From an uncultured Candidatus Binatia bacterium (lineage in GTDB: Bacteria; Desulfobacterota; Binatia; UBA9968; JAJDTQ01): 64,000 nucleotides of DNA. The stretch is from positions 1,152,001-1,216,000 of the forward strand of contig OZ243916.1 of the NCBI GenBank assembly GCA_965213675.1. Direction: 5' to 3'. A program made the translations under genes and the position numbers. Of the stretch, positions 26,534-36,740 are shown piece after piece (positions within the stretch are counted from its first letter, which is position 1; every line of letters starts with the position of its first letter). Under the pieces are notes generated by a model. That model had not been told where the DNA came from and did no database searches. It worked only from the letters and a program-made list of their open reading frames with translations.

Positions 26534-28468
26534 ATGGTACGAAAACGATACCTCAGGAAGACCCCGCTGGAGGAAGCCCGCGCCCTCTTCCTGAGCCGCG
26601 TCGACGACACCCGCCTGGAGGCGGAGACGGTGGCGGTGCCGGACGCGCTCCATCGCGTCACCGCCGCGCCAGTGTTCGCGAAGATTTCGTCGCCGCACTA
26701 CCACGGCTCCGCCATGGACGGCATCTGCGTGCGCGCGGAAGACACCTTTGGAGCGACGGAGTTCGCGCCGCGGGAGCTGCGCTTGCTCGCGGACGAGACG
26801 GACCCGCAAGGCTGTTTCGCCTACCTGGACACCGGCCAGCCGCTGCCGCCCTGGGCCAACGCCGTCATCATGATCGAGCACGTGCGCGAGAGGGACCGCG
26901 CCACCGTATCCATCGATCAGGCGGCAACCCCGTGGCAGAATGTGCGGCTGGTGGGAGAAGACGTGGTGGCCACAGAAATGCTGCTGCCGCGCAACCACCG
27001 TCTGAGACCCTACGACCTGGGAGCGATCCTCGCGGCGGGCCACACCACGGTGCGGGTCAAGGCGCGGCCACGGGTGGCTTTCATCCCCACGGGCGACGAA
27101 ATCACCGGGCCGGGAGTGGCGGCGCGTCCGGGACAAGTCATCGACTTCAACTCCACGGTGCTGGGAGCCATGGTCACCGAGTCCGGCGGCGCGCCGGTGG
27201 TCCTGCCCGCGGTGGCCGACGATCCCGCGCTCCTGAAACAGGCCCTGAACCAGGCGTTGAAGGACCACCACCTCGTGGCGCTCATCGCCGGCTCGTCCGC
27301 GGGCGCGCGCGACTTCACCGCCGAGGTCGTGGACGATGCAGGCGACCTGCTGGTTCACGGCATCGAAGTGATGCCCGGGAAGCCGGCCGTTCTGGGAATG
27401 GCGGGCGGCAAGCCCGTCATCGGTATTCCCGGCTATCCGGTGTCGGCCATCGTCATCGCGCGCGAGATCCTCCAGCCCGCGCTCCAACGATTGCTGGGCG
27501 CGGGCGCTTCGTCCCCTGCCACAGTGCGCGCCGTGGCGCCGCGCAAGATCCCGTCCCGGCTGGGCCTGGAGGAGTTCGTCCGGGTGACCCTGGGGCGGGT
27601 CGGGGAACGGCTCGTGGCCTTGCCGTTGGCGCGCGGGGCGGGTGTCATCAGCACCATGGTGCGTGCCGACGGTTTCCTGCGCATTCCCGGAATGGTGGAA
27701 GGGATCAACGCCGGCGAGGAAGTCGCCGTGGAACTGCTGCGCTCGCCGGACGAGGTGGAACACACCCTCCTGTGCACCGGCAGCCACGATCTCTCCATCA
27801 GCGTGCTGGAAGATCAACTCAAGCGCCGCGACCCGCGCCTCAAGATCGCCGGCGCCAACGTCGGCAGCCTGGGCGGTCTGCACGCCATCCGCCGCGGCGA
27901 GACCCACATGGCGGGGACCCACCTGCTGGACCCCGGCTCCGGCGCCTACAACATCCCGGACATCCAGCGGGTGTTGCCAGGGGTACCCGTCGTGCTCGTG
28001 CACTGCGTCAAGCGCCGTCAGGGACTGCTGGTGCCGCGCGGCAACCCCAAGGGATTGTCAGGCATCGCCGATCTGGCGCGACGGGACCTCAGCTTCGTCA
28101 ACCGCCAGCCTGGCTCCGGCACGCGGGTATTGCTGGATTTCGAACTGGCCCGTCTGGGCGTGGACCCCACCGCGATACGGGGCTACGAGCACGAGGAATT
28201 CACCCACATGGCCGTGGCCGTAGCCGTGGCCAGCGGACTGGCAGACGCCGGACTGGGCGTCCTTTCCGCAGCCGGGGCCCTCGGTCTGGATTTCATTCCG
28301 GTGGGCGAGGAGCAGTATGACCTCCTGATGCTGCGGTCATTCCGCGAATCGCCGGCCGGCGCCACGCTGCTGGCGGCGCTCGGGTCCGAAGAATTCAAGG
28401 AGGCGATGGAATCCCTCGGCGGTTACGACACCAGCGCCACTGCGGAAATCCTCTACGAGCAGCGGTAG
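26534..28468 (+). CDS. moeA: MoeA fused to a C-terminal PBP (LysR-substrate-like) domain
   Basis: MoeA motifs plus GSHD, GSLGGL, FVNRQPGSGTR, THMAVA. Confidence 0.93.
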   Translation: MVRKRYLRKTPLEEARALFLSRVDDTRLEAETVAVPDALHRVTAAPVFAKISSPHYHGSAMDGICVRAEDTFGATEFAPRELRLLADETDPQGCFAYLDTGQPLPPWANAVIMIEHVRERDRATVSIDQAATPWQNVRLVGEDVVATEMLLPRNHRLRPYDLGAILAAGHTTVRVKARPRVAFIPTGDEITGPGVAARPGQVIDFNSTVLGAMVTESGGAPVVLPAVADDPALLKQALNQALKDHHLVALIAGSSAGARDFTAEVVDDAGDLLVHGIEVMPGKPAVLGMAGGKPVIGIPGYPVSAIVIAREILQPALQRLLGAGASSPATVRAVAPRKIPSRLGLEEFVRVTLGRVGERLVALPLARGAGVISTMVRADGFLRIPGMVEGINAGEEVAVELLRSPDEVEHTLLCTGSHDLSISVLEDQLKRRDPRLKIAGANVGSLGGLHAIRRGETHMAGTHLLDPGSGAYNIPDIQRVLPGVPVVLVHCVKRRQGLLVPRGNPKGLSGIADLARRDLSFVNRQPGSGTRVLLDFELARLGVDPTAIRGYEHEEFTHMAVAVAVASGLADAGLGVLSAAGALGLDFIPVGEEQYDLLMLRSFRESPAGATLLAALGSEEFKEAMESLGGYDTSATAEILYEQR

Positions 28469-28615
28469 CGCGTCACGCGCGAAGGCTGCATCTCAGCCAG
28501 CGCATCATCGCGAAGTCAACGGAAACCGTGGTCGGTCGCTGCGGCGCCAGCGCCCCTTCGACTTCGTCCCGCTGGCGCGCGAACGAGTGGGTGCCTGCAA
28601 GGACCCGGAGGGGAG

Positions 28616-28699
28616 TGCCGGGAGCCGGACTTGAACCGGCACGGGCTTGCGCCCGCGGAATTTTAAGTCCCGCGTGTCTACCCATTCCACCATCCCGGC
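28616..28699 (-). tRNA. tRNA-Leu (anticodon TAA), CCA not encoded
   Basis: GCCGGGA acceptor stem, D loop TGGAATGGGTAGAC, anticodon loop CTTAAAA, long variable arm, GGTTCAAGTCC. Confidence 0.95.
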
Positions 28700-28855
28700 G
28701 CAAGCCATTTCCATAACTTGGCGCCCTTTCTTCGTCAACCAGACCCCACCCCACAGGCGGGTTTCAAACTTGGCCGTGTAGAGTTTGTCCTACCGGCTGC
28801 CGCCCGTAACTTGCTGAAAACAGGGGAGCAAGACTCTCACTGTTTCCGTGCCGCC

Positions 28856-30355
28856 TCAGCGCTTGCCTCCGAAGCTTGCCGTGAAGTCGCCGCCTTCGAC
28901 CACGCCGCCCATGCCTTGGTGCGCATCGCCGAAAAACCCGGCTGTGATCTGGCCGGCGTCGCGGCCGGCGCGGACGAAACGGTTCCCGCCCACAACGACC
29001 TCGAAGAACAGGTCGCCCTGGCTCCAGCGCGTGCCGCTGCCGGGCGCTCCCGGGGGCTGTCCGCCGGGCCAGAACTCGGCTTCCGTCAAACGCAGCGTGC
29101 CGGTGCGGGCATCGGAACGAATCGTGAGGTCCGCCGCGCCGGCGACCGTTCCGTGATCCCGCGTGAACCCCAGAAAGCGACCCGCCCAGGCACGACCGCC
29201 GGACAGTCCTGGGCTTTCCGCCAAGCCGGTGTGCGGCACGGGACCGCGAGCCCAGGGCCGCGCCAAGCCGTTCCGGAGCCCGACGCCGAATGCCACCACC
29301 GCGCCGGCCGCGTCCAGTTCGCCGTGGACGTGCGTGGACCTATGCTCCCAGGACCGCAGGGTCCGGGCGATTTCGTTGGGGGCCGCGTGCGGGCCGAGCC
29401 GTCCGTGAACGGCAAGAAGGACCTCCCGGTCCAGCGGATCGAGTATCGCGCCGGGCCTCACCGGTCCGTACACGGGCCGCATGACCGATTCGGGGAACCG
29501 CTCAGGGTCGGCGTGGTGGCGCCCGAGCACATGCAGCATCTCGTGCACCAGGACGTGGAGACGGCTGTCGCCGGTGGCGCGCGCCGGGTCGACCCACACC
29601 TGCCCCGCCCAATGAGAACGGCGGTGCTCGCCCGTGCTGCGGCGCAGGACCCAGCCGTCGAACTCCCCCTGGCCCGAAATGTGCGCAGTCTTCGCGGCGC
29701 GCTCGGCGCCCAGCCATATTTCCGCGGGCGCGAACCGGACCAGGATATCACCGTTCGGGATGGCCGGTTCGTCACACGGGACACGGTCACACTGGAACGT
29801 ACCGGAGGTCTCGGCGATTTTGCGCGGAACAAGCGCGGCATCGAACCTCAGTCGATGCTCCCGCGGCAGGGCCGCGTTGATCCACTGCACCGCGCGCACC
29901 GTCTGATCCACCATTTCCGGGGTCGCTCCCTCCACCACCCGGACAGTCATCGTCAACCTGTACGGCTTCCGGATACCGGAAGTCTCCCTGGCCTCGGCCG
30001 AAAGATATTCGATCAGCATGCGCGCGCCTGCGCCGTCGGCGACGCGGCCGTACGCTACCCGGACCTTCCCGTGCTCAGCCACGACGTTCAGGGATCCCGA
30101 TGCGGGAGCCACGCCCGGGTTCAAATGCAGCGCCTGGCCGAGATGCACCATCGGGGCGTTGAGCGCATCTGACGGCCGTTGCAGCGGCAGCGCGACGGCG
30201 TTTCGCGGCCGGACGGCGAGTGGCGCCACCGCGCCTGAATACGCCGGACGCACTTCGCCTGCGGCTCCACGCATCCCCTCGCCAGGAACGGCGCAGGACA
30301 GGACTGCCGCCGACACGGCGAACACAACCAGAGAAACGGCTCCACGCGCCTTCAT
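28856..30355 (-). CDS. Putative lipoprotein with a metzincin Zn-protease motif and TbpB-like C-terminal beta-barrel
   Basis: Lipobox VLSC; HEMLHVLGRHH followed by SVM; C-terminus ITAGFFGDAHQGMGGV...ASFGGKR. Confidence 0.7.
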   Translation of the reverse strand: MKARGAVSLVVFAVSAAVLSCAVPGEGMRGAAGEVRPAYSGAVAPLAVRPRNAVALPLQRPSDALNAPMVHLGQALHLNPGVAPASGSLNVVAEHGKVRVAYGRVADGAGARMLIEYLSAEARETSGIRKPYRLTMTVRVVEGATPEMVDQTVRAVQWINAALPREHRLRFDAALVPRKIAETSGTFQCDRVPCDEPAIPNGDILVRFAPAEIWLGAERAAKTAHISGQGEFDGWVLRRSTGEHRRSHWAGQVWVDPARATGDSRLHVLVHEMLHVLGRHHADPERFPESVMRPVYGPVRPGAILDPLDREVLLAVHGRLGPHAAPNEIARTLRSWEHRSTHVHGELDAAGAVVAFGVGLRNGLARPWARGPVPHTGLAESPGLSGGRAWAGRFLGFTRDHGTVAGAADLTIRSDARTGTLRLTEAEFWPGGQPPGAPGSGTRWSQGDLFFEVVVGGNRFVRAGRDAGQITAGFFGDAHQGMGGVVEGGDFTASFGGKR

Positions 30356-30682
30356 CGTCGTCCGCGACCGACTCCTTCCGCGAGAAATCGGGGGCTTGAT
30401 GGGGATCCATGGAGAGCCCGGACCATTCCGGTGCATTCGACAGGCCGCTTCCCTTTGGTCATTCCCGCACGCATCTTCCACAGGGCTCCTCAAACGTCCG
30501 GCGCAGCCTCCCAAGGGCACCGGCCTGCGTCTGCCGCTGGACACCGCTTCCCCATGAAACGGCCTCCCCATATAAGGCAGATGATCGAAACGTGTCAAAG
30601 CGCACGGCGCCCTTGCGCGGGATGGACCGCTTCGCTACCGTGAACCGGAATTCGCTTTCATCCCATGCCAAGGAGGTCGACC

Positions 30683-32008
30683 ATGAAACGCGTGGCACAC
30701 GTCGTGAACCAGTTCTTCGCGGGCATCGGCGGGGAGGACAAGGCCGACGTCGGAGCCGGCACCCTCGACACCCTCGCCGGGCCGTCGCGGGGTCTGCAAC
30801 GGCTGCTGGAGGGGCACGCGCAGGTGGCGCCCACCATCTACTTCGGCGACAACCACTTTCACGAGCAACCCGAAGCGGCGGCGGCGCTCCTGCGGGAGAT
30901 CGCGGCGGCAGAGGCGGACGTGGTGGTGCTCGGTCCGGCGTTCAACGCGGGGCGCTACGGCCTCGCGTGCGTCGAGATGGGTCACAGGGTCGCAGCCGGG
31001 CTGGAGCGCGTGTGCGTGACCGCCATGCACGAGGCCAACCCGGCGGTGGATACCTACCTCGAGTACCATGACGCGCGCCTGTACCTCTTCCCCACCACCG
31101 AGACGGCGGCGGGCATGGGCCAGGCCCTTGAGAATATCGCCCGCTTCGTTGTGCGGCGTCTCCAGGGCGAACCCGTGGGCGCGGCCGCGGACGAGGGCTA
31201 CCTGCCGCGGGGCATCCGTTTCCAGGAGCGCAGCGGCCGCACCGGCGCGGATCGCGCCCTGGACATGCTGCTGGACAAGCTCGCAGGCAAGCCCTTCGCC
31301 ACCGAGATCCCCATGCAGACCTGGGACCGGGTGACGCCGGCCGCCGCGGTCAAGAACGTGGGCAAGGCCAGGATCGCCCTGGTCACCACCAGCGGCGTGG
31401 TGCCCTGGGGCAACCCGGACGGCTTCAAGACTTTCCGCAACACGTTCTGGCGCAAGTATCCGGTGGCGGAGCTGAAAACCATGGAGCCGGGCATGTGGGA
31501 AGCCGTGCACGGCGGCTACAACGTGGCCCACATGAACGCCAACCCGCTTTACGGCGTTCCCCTGGACGCCTTGCGCGAACTTCAGCGCGACGGCAGGTAC
31601 GAAGACCTCTACCCCGCCTACTATGTGGTTCCGGGCAACCAGGGCTCGCCCGCGAACATGCAGCGGATGGGCCAGGAGATCGCCGCGGAACTCAAGGCCA
31701 ACAGCGTGGACGCCGCGCTGTTGGTAAGCACGTGAGGCACCTGCAGTCGCAGCGGAGCTGTGATCAGCAAGGAATTGGACCGTGCCGGAGTTCCCGTGTC
31801 GATGGTCAGCGCCATGTTCCCGCTGGCGGAACAGGTGGGCGCCAGCCGCATCGTCAAGGGCGTCAAGATCCCGCATCCCTGCGGCGACCCGAGCCTGCCG
31901 CCGGAGGTCGACGAGAAACTGCGCAAGTCCATCGTCGAGACCGCTCTCAAGGCCCTTGAGGCAGAGGTGGAGGAGAGCACCGTGTTCACGCCGGAAACCG
32001 CGCCATGA
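30683..32008 (+). CDS. Glycine/sarcosine/betaine reductase selenoprotein B-like (Sec at TGA 31733-31735)
   Basis: VNQFFAGIGGEDKAD, GPAFNAGRYG, ALVTTSG, HGGY, STUGTCSRSG, IPHPCGDP. The two ORF-track pieces are in frame across the TGA. Confidence 0.9.
31746..31764 (+). promoter_or_regulatory. Candidate bacterial SECIS hairpin
   Basis: GTCGCAGC-GGA-GCTGTGAT starting 10 nt after the in-frame TGA; G-containing apical loop. Confidence 0.65.
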
Positions 32009-33330
32009 GCGGCGCCCGGGACGCCGGGACGCTGGAGCTGGGCGAGTTCCCGGTGCGGGATCTCCGGTTCGGCGGGGCGCTGGGGTACGACGGCGGCACG
32101 CTGCAGGTGGCGGAGCCGGAGCTGGCGGAGGCGGCGTCGCGGGACCCGCGCATCCTCGAGGTCGGACTCGACATCGTCCGTCCGGGGGAGCGGGTGCGGG
32201 TCACCGGCATCCGCGACGTCGTGGAGCCCAGGGTCAAGGTCGGCGGCGACGCGCAGGTATTCCCCGGCATCACCGGTCCCGTGTTTCCCGTGGGCCGGGG
32301 CCGCACCCACCGGCTATCCGGCATGACCCTCATCACCACCGCCGCCTACGACGGCACCATCCGCACCGGCACCACCGCCCAGCGGAGCGCCATCCTCGAC
32401 ATGTGGGGGCCGGGGGCCGACCTCTCGGGCTTCAGCCGGGTTCCGGGCCTGGTGCTGAACCTGCGGCTGCCGCCGGACTTGATCGAGGCCGAGGCGCACC
32501 AGGTGATCCAGGCCGCCGAATACCGGGTGGCTCAGAGGCTCGCCGAGACCACGGCCGCGGCCGAACCCGCGGCCGTCGAGACCTTCGGCTCGGCCCGCGG
32601 GAACGCGAATCTGCCGAAGGCGGTGGTGATCGTGGGCTGCATCACCGAGTCGGAGCATCTCCCCTCCGGCCTGGGATACTACGGGCTGCCGGTGCGCGAG
32701 TCCCTGGCCACCGTGGTGCACCCCAACGAGCTGATGGACGGCGCGGTCACCGGCAACACGCTCAAGACCATCGCCTACTACCCCACCACCTGGGACTGGC
32801 AGAACCAGCCGCTGGCCATGCGCTTGGCCCGGGAGCATGGTAAGCGAGTCGATTTCGCCGGAGTGATCCTGCAACGCATCCGCTTCGAGGCCTTCCGCGA
32901 CAAGGAAGTGGCGGCGCACAGCGCCTCGCAGGTAGCGCGGGCACTGGGAGCGGAAGCCGCCCTCATCACCTGGCTCGGCTCGGGCAACGCCTTCCTGGAG
33001 GTCATGCTGACGGTGCGCGCGTGCGAGGAGAAAGGCATCCGGACCGTGCTGGTCACCTACGAGTACGGCGGCCAGGAAGGAACGGACTCACCGCTGCTGT
33101 TCTACGACCCCCGCGCCGACGCGGTGGTGAGCACCGGCAGCCGCGACCGCATCGTGGAGCTGCCCCCTGCCGACCGGGCGGCCGGCGCCTACCAGGAACT
33201 CCAGGTGCTCAACTATCCCGGCGCCCCCGTGGTGTCGGCCCGGGACGCCCTCACCCTGGACGCCACCGACGCCATCATCGGCGGCGCCGACCTGTGGGGC
33301 GGCCGCGACTGGACGTGCCGAGCGCACTGA
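32005..33330 (+). CDS. Glycine/sarcosine/betaine reductase component B proprotein-like (GrdE/GrdI family)
   Basis: LELGEFPVRDLRFG, IVRPGERVRV..IRDVVEPRVK, GRGRTHRL, HPNELMDGA, AVVSTG; ATGA overlap with the GrdB-like gene. Confidence 0.85.
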   Translation: MSGARDAGTLELGEFPVRDLRFGGALGYDGGTLQVAEPELAEAASRDPRILEVGLDIVRPGERVRVTGIRDVVEPRVKVGGDAQVFPGITGPVFPVGRGRTHRLSGMTLITTAAYDGTIRTGTTAQRSAILDMWGPGADLSGFSRVPGLVLNLRLPPDLIEAEAHQVIQAAEYRVAQRLAETTAAAEPAAVETFGSARGNANLPKAVVIVGCITESEHLPSGLGYYGLPVRESLATVVHPNELMDGAVTGNTLKTIAYYPTTWDWQNQPLAMRLAREHGKRVDFAGVILQRIRFEAFRDKEVAAHSASQVARALGAEAALITWLGSGNAFLEVMLTVRACEEKGIRTVLVTYEYGGQEGTDSPLLFYDPRADAVVSTGSRDRIVELPPADRAAGAYQELQVLNYPGAPVVSARDALTLDATDAIIGGADLWGGRDWTCRAH

Positions 33331-33509
33331 GCGCCGGCCATCGGAAACGACATTTCAGCGAGACAGGCTCTGTCCAGGCTCGTGTGGCAAGGACCCTGCG
33401 AGCCGTCCTTCCCGCTCTCGCGGGAACGACACATCCGTGACGTATCTACCTGGTGCCTTGACACGGCCTGTTCCGCGGCACGGACGGAAGGGTGCGGAAG
33501 GGAGAACCC

Positions 33510-33962
33510 ATGCCCGTTGAAGTCATCTGCATCGACCACATTTTCATCCCGGTCCAGAACCTCCCCAAATCGGAGACGTTCTACGACACGGTCATGCCGA
33601 TCCTGGGTTTTCGCAAGGGTCCGGTGTCCGACAAGGCGTCGCCCCGTGCGCGCTATGACAACCGGCACCTCACCTGCTGGATCGTTGCGCGCGAAAACGC
33701 TCCGGCGGAGCCCGGAGCAGGTGGGAGCGCACCGTCGCACTTGTGCTTCCGCGTAGTGGACGAAGAGGCCGTGGACCGGGCCTGCCGGGAGCTGCGGACC
33801 GCGGGCATCGACGCCTCCGAGCCGCGAGCCTACGCGCAGTACTCGCCCGACTACTACGCCACCTTCTTCTCCGACCCCGACGGCCTTTTGCTCGAGGTCA
33901 TCAACTTCAACCAGCGCCGGCGCCGGCGCATGTTCGATTGGAATGGCGAAACCGGCCGGTAA
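33510..33962 (+). CDS. VOC/glyoxalase family protein
   Basis: IDHIFI...FYD..LGF, HLCF, YYATFFSDPDGLLLE. Confidence 0.88.
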   Translation: MPVEVICIDHIFIPVQNLPKSETFYDTVMPILGFRKGPVSDKASPRARYDNRHLTCWIVARENAPAEPGAGGSAPSHLCFRVVDEEAVDRACRELRTAGIDASEPRAYAQYSPDYYATFFSDPDGLLLEVINFNQRRRRRMFDWNGETGR

Positions 33963-34147
33963 ATCGGACACGCCCTTCCCGGAAACCCACCACGCGGATG
34001 CCCGGTCCGCGTGGGACCGCCGTCGCCCTTGCGCAAGGGGGATTCCTGATGCATGGTCGCATCGGTGAAACTCAACTGGCGCAAACCGATACTAGTGTGG
34101 TGTCCGGTCCTGCGAAGTCGTGCGACCACAGTCAAGGGAGGGAAGTC

Positions 34148-34951
34148 ATGGCGACGAAGATCAAGCATCTGGCCATCGTGAGTGAGAACTACGCCATCGA
34201 GGAGAAGTTCTATCAGGCGGTGTTCGGCATGAAGACCGCCGCGCGCGCCCGCATCGAGAGCGCCTCGGTGGTGAGCGACGGCTACGTGGGCATCAACATC
34301 AATCCGCGCCGGCCCGGACGCCAGGGCGGCCTCGACCACTTCGGCTTCGAGGTGGACGACGTCGAAGGGGTGGCCGCGCGCATGAACGAGAAGTACCCGG
34401 AGGTGCACATCCTCAAGCGGCCGAGCAACCGCCCGTTCGCCGGACTGAGCACACACGACCCCGCGGGCAACGTGTTCGACCTTTCCCAGGAGGGCATGGA
34501 GAACCGCACCGACGTGTACGTGGACGGGAATCGTGACGCTGAGCGCTACGTCAATCACTTCGTGCTGCGCGCGGTGGAGCCGGAACGGGTGGCCCAGTTC
34601 TACCGGGACGTCTTCGACCTGTTGGAAACCGAGAAGCCCGCGGACGACCCCAACTGCTACCTGACGGACGGACGGGTCACGCTGATCATTTCGCCGTGGA
34701 AGATCTCCGACTACGCCGGCACCGGCATCGAGCGTCCCGCGCTGGAGCATATCGGCTTCAAGGTGGAGAGCGTGCAGGCGGTCACGGACCGGCTCGAAGA
34801 GCTGTCCAAGCGCAATCCCTACCTGAGTCCCGGCCCCGTGGGCGCGGGACCGGAGGGGGAGGCGCGGCTCGCGCTGTTCGCCAAGTGCAAGTTCGGCGAG
34901 TACCAGCTCTCGGATCCCGACGGGGTGATGATCGACATCAGCGAGCACTGA
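34148..34951 (+). CDS. Tandem VOC family protein
   Basis: IKHLAI, LDHFGFEV, HDPAGN, LEHIGFKV, SDPDG. Confidence 0.85.
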   Translation: MATKIKHLAIVSENYAIEEKFYQAVFGMKTAARARIESASVVSDGYVGININPRRPGRQGGLDHFGFEVDDVEGVAARMNEKYPEVHILKRPSNRPFAGLSTHDPAGNVFDLSQEGMENRTDVYVDGNRDAERYVNHFVLRAVEPERVAQFYRDVFDLLETEKPADDPNCYLTDGRVTLIISPWKISDYAGTGIERPALEHIGFKVESVQAVTDRLEELSKRNPYLSPGPVGAGPEGEARLALFAKCKFGEYQLSDPDGVMIDISEH

Positions 34952-34954
34952 CAC

Positions 34955-35187
34955 GCCTCACCGGGGAGGCGCTTCTCTGGATCGTGGCGCTGGTGGGAGG
35001 CGTTCTTCTCATCGGCTTTCACGTGACCCTGCCGCTCTTCACCGCGGGCTACGCCTTCGCCTACGGCGCCCGTTGGCGCACCGCCCTGCTTCTGGGCGCG
35101 TTGGCCGAAGGCTACCTCTATCTGGTATTCGATAAGTTGTTGCACGTGTTGTGGCCCGAGCCTCTGCTGCTATCGGGTTGGAACTGA
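34955..35187 (+). pseudogene. 3' fragment of a TctB-like tripartite tricarboxylate transporter small subunit
   Basis: LLIGFHVTLPLF...LVFDKLLHVLWPEPLL with no start codon of its own after the VOC stop. Confidence 0.6.
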
Positions 35188-35301
35188 CGGGCGCACGCAC
35201 CGTGCTCGCACGGATGATCGCAGGCACGAGTGGAAGGGCAGGCGCTCGTGTTTCACGATCACGGACCGACAGGGCGCCGACACAGGAGGAATGTCCGCCG
35301 G

Positions 35302-35565
35302 ATGGCCAAGGCGAGCAGGAAACGACCGTACGCGCGGACAAGGAAGTCACGGGGACGGCGCGGATGTCTGTGGATCCCGTTGATCGTCCTCGCGATGATG
35401 CTGGGTTGGCTCTACCGTTACGAAATCGCGAATCTCGTGGGGTTCGAATTCGGGGCGAGCGACTTCTCGCGCCGGTCGGAGGAGAAGTCCCGGATCGGTC
35501 GGAGCGGCAACGGCATCACCGAAGAGGAGCGCAAGGAGCTGGAGAAACTTCTGCGGAATCAGTGA
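35302..35565 (+). CDS. Small single-pass membrane hypothetical protein
   Basis: Basic N-terminus, one TM helix, C-terminal ITEEERKELEKLL; AGGAGG upstream. Confidence 0.65.
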   Translation: MAKASRKRPYARTRKSRGRRGCLWIPLIVLAMMLGWLYRYEIANLVGFEFGASDFSRRSEEKSRIGRSGNGITEEERKELEKLLRNQ

Positions 35566-35660
35566 ATCGGGATGGGATTCACGCGGAGGACCCGGTCCTC
35601 CGCGTGCGACGGCTTGGGAAAGGTCTGAACAAACAGGAATCGGGCGGGTGTTCGACGGAA

Positions 35661-36740
35661 CTACAGCCCCGCCGGCAGCTTGTAGAAGCGTTCCGCATTG
35701 CGTGACAGCACCGCGGCCTTGTCCTCCTCGGTCAACTCATCACTCTCCATGACCTCGCCCAACTCTTCCTTGCAGAACTCGTTGTTGACCTCGTGGGGGA
35801 AGTCCGAGGAGTAGACCCACGGCTTGTTGCCCACCGTGCGGATGGCGTGCGCCAGGTCCGGCTCGTGTCCCTCGCAGCCCACGAAGACGCGGCCCTCCTC
35901 GATGTGCCGTTTCACGTAATCGCTCACCGCCTCGCCGTCGCGGAGCTGCAGGAACTCGCTCCGGGGATCGTGCTGGATGTGGGTCTCGTACGAACGGTCG
36001 AAGCGTTCCAGGCACATCAGCAGCCACGCCACGCCGCCTTCCAGGAAACCGATGCGCACGTTGGGGTAGCGGTCGAAAATGCCGTTGAAGACGATGCCGC
36101 CCATGGAGATCATCTGCCCGAAGGGATGGCCCAGGGCGTGCACCGGCGCGTAGGGATGCAGGTCGTCCATGCCCAGGTTCTCGTGCGCACCGCCGTGGAT
36201 TCCGATGCAGCAGCCCAGCCGGTCCGCCTCTTCATAGATGGGCCAGTAATACTTGTGGCCCAGGTGCAACTGGATGCCCGTGGACGGCAGCATGGCGCCA
36301 CACATGCCCAACTCCTCCACCGCCCGGCGCAGCTCCTTCACCGCCTCCGCCGGCTCCTGCAACGGGATCAGCGCCACTGCCTGGAAGCGCGGGCTCTTGT
36401 GCACGTAGTTCTCGGCGATCCAGTCATTGTAGGCGCGCGCCAGATCGATGGCCCAGTCCTGGCTCACCACCTTGCCGTAGGACAGGCCCACGGTGGGATA
36501 GAGGACGGTCCGGTTGATGCCCACGTCCTCCAGGAACTCCACCCAGCCGTCGTAACCCACCTGCTGGAACGAGCCCTCGGGGAGCTTGTGCGCATTGGCC
36601 GAGTGCAGGTGATCCAGCGGCGGAAACGGATTCGACCAGCGCATCTGCTGCCGCACCGCTTCGGGGAAGCGGCTGGTGATGGCCTCCATGTCCTCCACCA
36701 CGTGCCCGTCGCCGTCGATGATCTGGTACTTGTTCGCCAT
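35661..36740 (-). CDS. Amidohydrolase_2 family protein
   Basis: IIDGDGH, VLYPT, AYNDW, FLEGG, SSDFPH; GGAGG RBS. Confidence 0.9.
   Translation of the reverse strand: MANKYQIIDGDGHVVEDMEAITSRFPEAVRQQMRWSNPFPPLDHLHSANAHKLPEGSFQQVGYDGWVEFLEDVGINRTVLYPTVGLSYGKVVSQDWAIDLARAYNDWIAENYVHKSPRFQAVALIPLQEPAEAVKELRRAVEELGMCGAMLPSTGIQLHLGHKYYWPIYEEADRLGCCIGIHGGAHENLGMDDLHPYAPVHALGHPFGQMISMGGIVFNGIFDRYPNVRIGFLEGGVAWLLMCLERFDRSYETHIQHDPRSEFLQLRDGEAVSDYVKRHIEEGRVFVGCEGHEPDLAHAIRTVGNKPWVYSSDFPHEVNNEFCKEELGEVMESDELTEEDKAAVLSRNAERFYKLPAGL

Noticed and set aside
24029-28003. 1324-aa minus-strand ORF (likewise 21742-23046, 43177-45270, 48156-50312, 52086-53906)
   Set aside because: Shadow frames opposite well-supported genes.
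28616-28699. tRNA-Leu as an island integration site
   Set aside because: No integrase or duplicated tRNA 3' end was seen in the window.
31733-31735. Nonsense mutation making the GrdB-like gene a pseudogene
   Set aside because: The TGA is at the family's Sec position, with a downstream hairpin and an intact frame.
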